Assembly: GCF_006345805.1 (NCBI RefSeq)
Contig: NC_043008.1
Location: 58,652,001 to 58,716,000, forward strand
Direction of reading: 5' to 3'
DNA from: Octopus sinensis
Taxonomy: Eukaryota
Length of the DNA: 64,000 bases
Shown: in pieces, positions 53,800 through 64,000 of the stretch
Numbering within the stretch: the first letter of the stretch is position 1
How the letters are laid out: each line of letters opens with the position of its first letter
The notes under the pieces: model-generated
The model's database searches: none
What the model saw: the letters and a program-made list of their open reading frames with translations, nothing else
What the model was told of the DNA's origin: nothing
Position numbers and translations under genes: made by a program

Positions 53800-55224
53800 G
53801 ACGGGCTTCTTTCCGTCTACCAAATCCACTCAAAACACTATAGTGGAAGACACTCTCCCCAAGGTACCACGCAGTGTGATTGAACCCGGAACCCTACAAT
53901 CGGGAATCAAGCTTCTTACCACACAACCACTCCTGTGCCACTCCTGCAGGGTTTCTACACATAATCTCTTTACCAAATTCTCGTAGAAGAGCTGAACTTA
54001 GTTGACCCTTGGCTGTTGCAGAAGACAATTGCACAAGTAACCGCTTTGAGGTAACGAACCCGTAGGTACAGCGATGTTAATCACAGAACCATGTCTATAC
54101 CTATCATACAAAATGTGAATACCAACGCAAGGGCTGGGCTGAGTGTGTTGGTAAACGCGGCTGCAACTAAATGTATAAATACCACTACGAATATAATAAA
54201 ACCACACATGTATATATATTACATGATGGACGAATTATATAAAACCAAAATATAGAAATGTTCATGAATAAATGCCTTTTAAATTATATATTACTGAAAA
54301 CTACTTGAGATCGGCAAACATTTGTTTTTGTTTTTTTTTACTGCCGTCATATCTAATCTGCTTGAATAATATATTTGACACTAATACATTCCTTGTACTA
54401 TTTATTAGGCAGAATATTAAATCTGATGGAGAACATATATGAATAGGTAGACGAGCGGCATTTATAGATTGCCACTCAAACTGAACACGGACAGATTGAT
54501 TTTACGACGAGCAGATGGGGAAAAACCTACTGAAATAATTAGAAAATTACTATAAATTTCACGTTGGAAGTTTACAGACAACAGCAGAAGATTAAATAAT
54601 AATTCCGTAAGACGATAAATGGAACTGAAAGTTGTTCATTTTTTGCGGAGCCGGCCAAATACAAACGGAAAGCGGCCGGGATATAAAAGCTGGTGGAGCA
54701 TGAAAGGTGAGAAATTTTGCATTAAGAATATGATTACAGGAAAATATGATGGAAGACAATCTGTTATAGTTCACGTGGAAGCGTAATAAAATTTAATAAA
54801 CGCTCACTAATCTAATCTAGAAAAGCGAAGGTAACACCGTTAATATCAAAAATGGCTTCCTGCTGGAAGACTCATGACTAATGAACGATTTTGATGGTGA
54901 CGCGACAACAGTTGTTGAATATTAAGTAATGGGGGAAGATAACGGAATAATATGGATTATTTAACACAGAATGTATAGATTTAGATCAGTTTCACTGTAA
55001 TAATAATACTAAATGTTACTACAAGAAGCACAAGGCATAAAAGTTTATGGGAGCGATGAGTCGATTACATTCACGCCAGGGTTCAAATGTTACTACATTT
55101 TACCGACCACGAAAGGATGAAAGGCAACGTGGATCTCGGTGGTATCTGCACTCAGAACGTAAAGACGGACAAAGAAAAAAAAATTCTGACAAGCATGCTA
55201 AATATTCTGTCATATTGCTGCATA

Positions 55225-55287
55225 ACTACTACTACTACTACTACTACCACGACCACAACGGCGACAACGACGACGACGACGACCACC

Positions 55288-55326
<39 letters not shown>

Positions 55327-55386
55327 GCTACTGCTACTGCTACTACTACTACTACCACGACGACGATGACCACCACCAGCACCAGC

Positions 55387-55436
<50 letters not shown>

Positions 55437-55490
55437 AACGACGACGACGACGACGACCACCACCACCACCACCACCACCACACCACCACC

Positions 55491-55521
<31 letters not shown>

Positions 55522-55523
55522 TT
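55225..55523. repeat. Compound (CTA/CAC/GAC)n trinucleotide tract
   Basis: Directly visible. Confidence 0.95.
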
Positions 55524-55779
55524 ACTGCATCACTAGAAGCAACTGTCTTCGAAGATTCATGTCGTCGTTGCATACTCGAAATTTGATGTTACCCATTCTC
55601 GATGTAGATGGCACATAACGCTAGCAGACACTCGATTAAGTATCCATGTATTTTTGTGTGTGTTTGCTTTGGATATTACAAGAAAACATGGCGCATAAAC
55701 AGGGTAACTGACTGCAAATGAAACTCGACACTTCTTAAATCTTGAGATATTCTCAAGACATAATGTCAGAAACTCTTTC

Positions 55780-56408
55780 GGATCTTTTCCTTTTGAACGG
55801 CAGACAATTTCTAGTTATGTAAACACTTTAAAACTTCGTATACTGGTAGAATGTGTCAAAATAAAACATTTTTTTCTCTTGGCTTTCTTGAGAAAATTGT
55901 AATTTGTTTGTTTAACGTAGTTTAATTTTTCGAATTTTAACCAATCCTATGCTCTCTTTTGAGCTAAAAATCATTTGCTGCGTCTAAAACTGAGACAACA
56001 TCCTGTTACTAACCCTAAACCTCCCCCTAACCCTAACCTTAATTTTTTTTCTCTTAATTGTTAAATTAATTTAATTGTTACGCGTGTAAAAAAACTAAAG
56101 CAATGGAATTAAATTAATTTAACAATTAAGAAAAAATTAGGGTTAGGGGGGAGGTTTAGGGTTAGTTACAGGATGTTGTCTCAGTTTTAGACGCAGCAAA
56201 TGATTTTAGTTGAATGGAGGTAATCGATTGGTTAAAATTGCCGAAATGCTCGGATTTTCAGACGAAATATCTTACAAACTATAGAATTTTCTCAATAAAA
56301 CCAAGAGAAAATGATGTTTTATAAACACATTCTACCAGTATACGAAGTTTAAAAGTGTTAGTTAACTAGAAATTGTGTTGACATCTGCCGTTCAAAAGGA
56401 AAAGATCC
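55780..56408. mobile_element. Foldback MITE, second copy, 8-bp TSD
   Basis: GGATCTTTTCC...GGAAAAGATCC; TSD actctttc/actctctc; internal palindrome at about 55965-56205. Confidence 0.92.
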
Positions 56409-56939
56409 ACTCTCTCCAGTTGGGAGGTTATAAACAAAGAAATATCTAAATTGTAGATTGGAAAATAAATACAAATTATAAAATAGATGGATGCGTGAAA
56501 AGTAAACAGGAATGCATGGAACAGTGTTAAGCATAAATCAGTGTAGCAGTTATATAACATGCAAATATCTAACAGTGAAATCGTGCGGATGATAAAAATA
56601 TTGAGATAGAATAACGACAAATAAAAAGAAAAAAACTTGTATGAAATCTACATGTACATAACACAAGATGAAATATACAGAAAAAAATCAGGTATACTGG
56701 TTTTTGATTAAATAAATATATGTGACGGAAGAAAAGCGGTAATTAATGTGAAAATACCAAAGTTTTGACTTAAATATTTGATTACTGATAAAATATCTTA
56801 TCGATAGCATACATATTTTCCGTTCGTTTGGTTATATTTTTTATAACATTTTTATTAAGTAAGCAAGTAATCCAAGTAGGTGTACACACCCACACACGTA
56901 CATTATCACGTACATTATTTATATATATATATATATCTA

Positions 56940-57155
56940 ATGTAGGATAAAAATTTTTTCGAAAAAAATTCTTATCGAAAAACATTTTATCAATGGCCAG
57001 CATATTAAAAAATACCTTTAAAGGTTAAATTTATAAACAATTCATAAATAAGGGCAAACGAAAAAATTTCTAATACCAAATATGCCGAAAAATTGGACTT
57101 TTTGTCCATTAACCATATAATTCTTTCACAATCCGCACGTTTGCCCTTATTTATG

Positions 57156-57165
<10 letters not shown>
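56940..57165 (-). mobile_element. PLE pLTR fragment, same family as 16550-17070
   Basis: Shares aatggccagcatattaaaaaatacctttaaaggttaaatttataaacaa; ends in a short inverted copy of 57040-57059. Confidence 0.7.
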
Positions 57166-57193
<28 letters not shown>

Positions 57194-57395
57194 TTCATCT
57201 GTTGCTTCTTTCAGTTATTAGATGGCCGCCATGCTGGGGCATCGTCTTGAAGAATTTTAATCGTAACTGTCAGCCAAGTACATATTATTTTTGTAAAGCC
57301 TGGTACTTATACTATCGGCCACTTACGCCGAACCGCTAGGTTACAGGAACGTTAATACAGCAACACCGATTGTGAAGCGGTGATGGAGGACATAT

Positions 57396-57447
<52 letters not shown>

Positions 57448-58279
57448 GTATATATATACATATATACGACAGGATTATTTCAGTTTCCGTCTACCAACTC
57501 CACTCACAAGGCTTTGGTCCGCCTAAGTCTATAGTAGAAGACACTTGCTCGAGGTGTTACGCAAACATCTTACCAGACACCTACGCCTATGTACATATAT
57601 AATATATCCTTTTTACTATTGTCATAAGACCTGAAATTTTGGAGAAGTGGGGGGTTATCGATAACATCGACTGCAGCATTCAACTGGTACTTAGTTTATG
57701 GACCTCGAAACTAGGAAATGACAAAGTCAACTCCGGCGGAGTCTGAACTCAGGACGTACAGCTGTAAAAAGTGCTGCTTAGCATTTGGTCCACTACGGTA
57801 ACTACTCTGCCAGCTAGCTCGCCGTCTACTACTACTACTACTAATACTAGTACTACTACTACTGCTGCTGCTGCTACTACTACGACTACTACTACTACTA
57901 CTACTAATCACAGTAATAATCATTTATACTATAGGCACGAAGCCTAAAATTTTGGGGGAGGGGACTAGTCGATTACATCGATCTCAGTGTTTCACAGGTA
58001 CTTGATTTATCGAACCCGAATGAATGGATGGATGGAAAAGTCGACCTCGGCGGAATTTGAACTCAAAACTACTCACAGTAATTAAAAAACAAACTCTCAT
58101 AAAATATATTAAAACGATTATATTATTTCTTGTCAGCTCCTCATCTGGTTACTTCCTTTGTTTGACTTTCTCTCACTTCTTTTGAAGCCATACGGTTACA
58201 TTATACCCATTCGCTCTCCACGTTTCTAGCGCTTCCCAGCCTCTCTCTTTCTCTCTTTTTCTCTCTCCCTCTTCCTCAG

Positions 58280-58409
58280 AACGCCTTGAGAGAATTAATC
58301 ATTGTCCTCACTGTATAAAAGTAAATGAAATGAAGTTCTTTCGCGAGCCATATAGAATCATAGGACCGGTTTCTACTTTCTTTGACCTTATATACACCCC
58401 AACTGGACG
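58280..58409 (+). CDS. Putative exon C (speculative; alternative donor after 58320)
   Basis: CT-rich acceptor ...cttcctcag; one open frame RLERINHCPHCIKVNEMKFFREPYRIIGPVSTFFDLIYTPTG (phase 1 start). The pyrimidine tract is also a CT microsatellite. Confidence 0.2.
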
Positions 58410-59202
58410 GTACGCCGATATTAGTTAGCAGATTAGTTAGCGCACTGCATGAACTTCTTAGCATTGTTTCGCCTGTTGCTAAGTTCTGAGTTCAAATTAC
58501 CCCGAGGTTGATTTTATCTTTCTTCCTTTCTAGGAAGACTTAAAAATGCCGGGTAAGCGTCCGGTGGAATATACGTATGCTTCGTGAGGAGAAAGAAACT
58601 ATCTAGTTTTTGCCGATGGTGTATATATATATATATATATACTCTAGTAAACACGGTTATAGAGCGAGCATACAGATGTAAGCATTGGCAAAAACATACA
58701 TTTAGTGCATATAAGTAGTCTCTATCATTATATATAATTTAAACTTTAATTTCCTTTATATTTAACATTCACTATTAATATCCTTACTCTTTCTGTTAGC
58801 TACTTATGACGTTATATCATATAACGTTTTTTTAAACAATATTAATAGCGTTCTGTCTATCGCTATACAAATCCATCATTTTTTGCTAAAATGTCTTATT
58901 GACGAGTTTCGTTTTTTTCACTCTCCTGAGGAGAAGATTGCATTGTTTATACCATTTATTCTTTTGAATAGTATCAGTGGAATTTTCGAAACATGTGTCG
59001 AAAGTAAAAATATTTGATTACACCTGCGTTAACTCCATTTTTTTTTCATATTATTCAAAATATTGAACGTAAACACGAAGTTTCTACCTTTATAAACAAG
59101 GAGTTACAACACCTTTACTTGTGAGATTTTTGCTGCCCTGGTAACTATTTATTTATTTTTTCCGTGTTAATTGTTAACAAGGTAAAAATACACTCATCTA
59201 TT

Positions 59203-59264
<62 letters not shown>

Positions 59265-59469
59265 ATATGATGTCTCGAAAAAGGATATGCGATATATTAT
59301 TATCATGAATCCACCATTATCGCATTGTTTTTCGTAATTCATACGTCTAAACAGATTTAGACGATATAATGGCAGAAATAAAACCGAAAGTGAAAATGAA
59401 GGTTCACCTGCTGGAGGAGTTAGCGCAAATGACAAGCTATGCCCGACTGTCAACCAAACACTACATATA

Positions 59470-60130
59470 AACGCGTATGGTTTTTATGGAATGTTCCTAC
59501 CGAAGGAAATGAATAAATTGAGAAGGAACTTCAGTAAAAGAATACAAACGGAATAAGGAGTGGAAGTAAAGAGGATTATTTGATTTAAGAGAATAAAGAA
59601 ATTTAGAACAAGCCAGGCGATTAGGAACGACAGATATTTCAGTGAATTAGAGCTTGCAGGAATAAGGCGAAGTATTGCTTTGAATATGGAATTGACTAAA
59701 CGATGAAAGCGATATAGAATAAGATAAGTATGATACTGTAGAGAAAATGGAATAACATGGAAAAAATGATGTATTATATACAATAATAATGGATAGTTTG
59801 AAGACGATCAAATGACAGAGACAGAGTTGAAATTATGAAAATAATGTGTCTGGTGTGCGGGTAAGACTTTCACAAATGCAGAGAGACTTAGAATGAATTA
59901 GAAACTTAATAGAGTTATCAATCATATTAACATCAACAACTTACAAGAACAGAATTTGTTAACCAATTTCTTAGCAGCTGCGAATACATCTGCAACAGAT
60001 GCGACCTCTTGCAGGATACGTGGAATATCAATAAACAGAAAAAGAAAGAAGATGGAAAACGAAGAACGCTAGTGGGTGATGGAAAAGATATAATGGTGTC
60101 TTGGAGAGAAAATGATATCGCGACTAAAAT
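59470..60130 (+). mobile_element. Penelope-like ORF N-terminal remnant
   Basis: Broken peptides KFRTSQAIRNDRYFSELELAGIRRSIALNMEL and ERLRMN*KLNRVINHININNLQEQNLLTNFLA; assignment from recalled family resemblance only. Confidence 0.4.
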
Positions 60131-60259
60131 CTATAACGAAGTATAGTGAACTATACAAGAAGTATAACATCTAAAAGAGGTTCTGTATTAAGTGCTTTTT
60201 ATGCCGTTGCTCTATGCTATATATTATTTCTTCTTCTTCCTCTTCTTCTTCTTCCTCTT

Positions 60260-60682
60260 CGCATTTCGTCCGTCTGTATGTTCCGCTTTGAAATTCCGCC
60301 AGGGTCAACTTTGCCTTTCATTATTTTGGGGTCGATAAAATAAGTACCAACTGAGTACTGAGGCCGATGTATTCAACTTCTACTCTCCCGCGAAATTGCT
60401 GGCCTTGTGCCAAAATTTGAAACTTTTGTTGTTTTTGTCGGCGTTGTTGTTGTTGTTGTTGTTCTCTTCTTCTTCTTCTTCTTCTTCTTCTTCTTCTTCT
60501 TCTTCTTCTCTTCTTCTTCTTCTTCTTCCGTCTCTACGTTCTGAGTTCAAATTCCGCCGAGGTTGACTTTGTCTTTCTTCCTTTCAGGGTCGATTAAATA
60601 AGTACAAGTTACGCACAGAGGTCACTGTACTCGACTTAATCCCTTCCCCCAAATTTCAGGCATTGTGCCTACAGTAGAAAGG

Positions 60683-60720
<38 letters not shown>

Positions 60721-60935
60721 AGCGGCGAGCTGGCAGAATCGTTAGCGCGCTGGACGAAATGCTTAGCAGTATTTCACCCGTCACTACGTTCTGAGTTCAA
60801 ATTCGGTCGAGGTAGACTTTATATGTCATCCTTTCAGGGTCGATAAAATAACTATTTGTTGAACACTGGGGTCGATGTAATCGACTATTCCCCTCCTACA
60901 AAACTGCTGCCCTTGCGGCAAAATTTGAAGCTTTT
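60260..60935 (+). mobile_element. Three head-to-tail SINE A copies separated by (CTT)n and (ATT)n
   Basis: Copies at about 60260-60430, 60525-60685 and 60720-60935. Confidence 0.88.
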
Positions 60936-60945
60936 ATTATTATTA

Positions 60946-61000
<55 letters not shown>

Positions 61001-61509
61001 CAATATTAGTAGTAATAGTAGTCGTCGTCGTCGTAGTAGTAGTTGTAGTAGTGGCTTCCTTAATCGCCCTTCCCTGTGTGAGGTTTTTATAGTTTTGTTA
61101 TTAATCGTTATTGAATATATTGTTTACACGTGTTGTATGTAAATACTCACTGTTCTGTGCTTTTGTATTGACCCTTTGTTTTGCGTATGACACTTGTGGC
61201 CAGGAAATAAGTAATTATCATTATTATTGTTGTTGCTCTTGTTGTTATTCCTATGGCTCTTATTTTCATCTATTCATGCATTTTCATACTTTGCTTCATT
61301 TTACATTCGAATTCGCTTAAAACATTACAACTCTTTCTTATTTCCTATTTTCCTCTGTATTTCAACTTTCTAACGACCACAACATCTAGTTTGTAGTGAA
61401 TAAAAGAAATCATTGTTATTATTATTATTTAGCGGTTTTGTTTTTATTGCGTGATTTCATTGAATAACCTACGCAACTATGCAGACCCTGTGTATGAGAA
61501 GTTATTTGT

Positions 61510-62040
61510 TTTGCAACAACGTTGTATACACAGCGCTGTATGTATTTCGTGTTCTGAGTTATGTAACGCTACTTTCTCTCTGTCTTGCATTTTTAGAAGT
61601 TCTACAATATTGCTTATATGTTTGTATGAATATTTGTTATCATTTCCAAGGCACGTATTGTCATAGAAGCTGCTTCTGTTTTCAGTATTTGTATTCTGGT
61701 TATTTCTAGTTTTTAAATCTTTATTTCTCTGTTTCTTCGAGTGATAAGACTTTTGAAAGCAATACTTCAAATAGGAAGCACTTCTGGATGTCTTCGATAA
61801 CAACACGCAGATATTTTCCTGGTCTGTCCAAGAATATGACTGCCTTGTTCTGGTGTACTTTGACACCACTTCGTTTTTTTTTTATATTCCTGTTTCACTC
61901 TATGCTTTTCGTAGTTCCCGGTGTGGAATCTTTGATCCTGTGTGATACTCAAGTCTCAGCTTGGAATCTTGCATTTTTCAAGAAAGGCTGCAGATTTCCT
62001 TTGTTTACCTCTGTCGTAATCAGGTTTTTCAGCCACTGAC
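61510..62040 (-). mobile_element. R4/Dong LINE C-terminal (RLE) remnant
   Basis: Minus-strand KWCQSTPE, LEITRIQILKTEAASMTIRALEMI and EKVALHNSEH resemble KWY.H.PE / LEIEI.RMW.LKT..IP.IIGALG.I / QKIALL.TAH. Confidence 0.6.
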
Positions 62041-62159
62041 CACCTAGAAGCCGTTTCTATTACCACTTTATCATAGCTTTATTTCAGGCCAATAAGGTGG
62101 CGGGCTGGCAGAATCGTTAACACGCCGAGCGAAATGATCAGTCTTTACGTTCTGAATGT

Positions 62160-62455
62160 GAAGTCACGTGGCTTAGTGGGTTAGGACATTCGGCTCACTA
62201 TCGTAAGATCATGAGTTCAATTCAGGGCGACGCGTTGTGTCCTTGAGGAAGACACTTTATTTCACGTTGCTCTAGTCCACTCAGCTGGCAAAAATGAGTA
62301 GGGCCAAATTTGTCATACTCTGTCTCACGCTGAATCTCCTCCAGAATTACGTTAAGGGTGTACATATCAGTGGAGTGATCGGGCAACTTGCAGGTTAATT
62401 TCACGAGCAGGCTATTCCACTGATCGGATCCCTGGTCGTCGTAATCGACGGAGTA
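62160..62455 (+). mobile_element. tRNA-derived SINE (family E); inverted relative at 63100-63385
   Basis: Head gtgaagtcacgtggcttagtgg...gagttcaatt; body gttgctctagtccactcagctggcaaaaat shared with 63100-63385 (minus) and 43400-43640 (minus). Confidence 0.75.
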
Positions 62456-62864
62456 CTAAAATTCTGTGTTCAAATTCTGTAGAGTTCGACTTTCGGGGTC
62501 GCTGAAATACATACCAGTTGAGTACTGAAGTTGATACAATCGCTTTACCCCTTCCCCTGAACTTGTTCGACTTGTGCCAAAGTATGAATCCATAATCTCA
62601 ATATTTAGTGTTGACTTTAGTACTTTCACAATTTCTGCTGGTGCTTCTTGTTTTCCTAACTGTCTATCATTTCAGCTCTGTTTTATATTTGTTGGCTTCT
62701 TTAAAGACAGAAATTTGTCGATTATATTTGATTGGGTTTCTTAGTTCCTTGTATTAATTTTTACGTGATTTGACAGGACATATCTCTTGAGTACCGCTGC
62801 AAATATTTTTTGATGCTTTCTATTAATGCCGCTTGCTCGTGGTAAATGTATCATTTCTATACCA

Positions 62865-63080
62865 GAAGGTGGTGAGCTGGCAAAATAGTTAGCACGTCGG
62901 GCAAAATGTTTAGCGGCATTTCGTCGGTCCTTACGTTCTGAGTTCAAATTCCGTGGAGGTCGGGTTTCCTTTTCATCCTTTCGGCGGTCGATGGATTAAG
63001 TACCAGTCAAGTACTGGGGTCAATGTAATCGACTAGCCTCCTCCCTCAAATTTCGGGCCTTGTGCTTATAGTAGAACGGA
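62865..63080 (+). mobile_element. SINE family A
   Basis: Full head and body homology. Confidence 0.88.
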
Positions 63081-63414
63081 TTAATTTTACACCAGATTTC
63101 ATCTCATTCCTTTATACGTGTTTCTGCCATTGAAGTGCGGTTATTCTGCGCCACTCCACAGACACGTGCACCCTTAACGTAGTTCTCAGGGAGTTCAGCA
63201 CGACACAGAGTGTGACAAGGCCGGCCCTTTGAAATATTCGTGCTACTTATTTTTGCCAGCTGAGTGAACTGGAGCAACGAGAAATAAAGTGTATTGATCA
63301 ACGACACAACACATCGCTCTGAATTGAACTCACGACTTCACGATCGCGAGCCTAATGTCCTAACCACTAAGCCACGCGCTTTCACTAATATATATATATA
63401 TATATATATATATT

Positions 63415-63747
63415 TATGTGCACATAAATAGCAACATCATCAGAAAGAAGTCCGGAGTGACAGATGTCATCGCAGAGTATACTCGCAGCAAGTATAGATG
63501 GGCTGGACACGTCGCCCGGCTCACCGATAATCGGTGGACGCACGCAGTTGTCGAGTGGTACCCGCGTGAGCAGAAAAGACCACCCGGAAGACCTCCACGA
63601 CGGTGGAGTGACGATTTCAAGAGGACGATTGGGATCACGTGGATGAGAAAGGCGCGATCCAGAGAGGAGTGGACAGCGTGCTGTGACCAGCGGTGTCAAA
63701 TGGACGCCTGACGGACTGGTCGGTCAAAGTGAAGTGATCAAAGTGAT
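63415..63747 (+). mobile_element. RTE-clade LINE, 5'-truncated 3' end with an open reading frame
   Basis: IIRKKSGVTDVIAEYTRSKYRWAGHVARLTDNRWTHAVVEWYPREQKRPPGRPPRRWSDDF...; tail (aagtgatca)n; sits between TA/CA tracts. Confidence 0.93.
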
Positions 63748-63784
<37 letters not shown>

Positions 63785-64000
63785 AACATGTATATGAACA
63801 TAGTTCCTATACAAGTATAGACAGTAGACTTCCTTTCTTCAGTTTCCGTCTATATCCGTTTACCATATTTACTGACAAGGTTGATGTGGGGCTATACCAG
63901 TCAATTTGCCATGCTGTAAAACTGGACCCTGAACTATGAGTTTGAGAAGCAAACTTCTCACCACACAGCCACGCCAGCGCCTCGTATATTTTAAGCGCAG

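Noticed and set aside
54681-54712. TATAAAAG followed by ATGAAAG/gtgaga (promoter plus first exon)
   Set aside because: The expected start site about 30 bp after TATA would fall downstream of the ATG and the donor; the geometry is inconsistent and there is no other support.
56005-56165. ccctaa/ttaggg telomere-like motifs
   Set aside because: Only 2-3 imperfect units, internal to the MITE and present in both copies.

Overview
AT-rich, repeat-saturated eukaryotic DNA with one 100-N scaffold gap (19432-19531). The SINE families and the load of (TA)n/(CA)n/(TAA)n/(TAG)n microsatellites suggest an octopus (coleoid cephalopod) intron or intergenic region; this is inference, not a database match. 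Almost all ORFs in the supplied track are translations of microsatellites. No host gene can be named. A few short + strand segments have good splice signals and compatible phases, but they are speculative. Recognisable content is decayed mobile DNA: R4/Dong-clade and RTE LINE fragments, a gag-like LINE ORF1 with 150-bp 5' monomers, Penelope-like elements (PLEs; GIY-YIG and N-terminal fragments), Tc1/mariner (DD37D-like and DD34D-like) fossils, a Helitron Rep/Hel fragment, two copies of a GG-ended foldback MITE with 8-bp TSDs, and dozens of SINE copies. The most interesting signal is a set of type I hammerhead ribozyme motifs in several unrelated PLE-type repeat families. One has a fully canonical core (16867-16927). 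Another has a compensatory U3-A8 core, a GUC site and a palindromic ACGCGU stem III inside a near-identical 362-bp partial-tandem, ORF-less unit that looks like a non-LTR retrozyme (24885-25528). Other notable structures are an 855-bp fold-back palindrome, a twin-priming-type inverted RTE insertion, and a SINE that shares its 3' tail with the RTE LINE.
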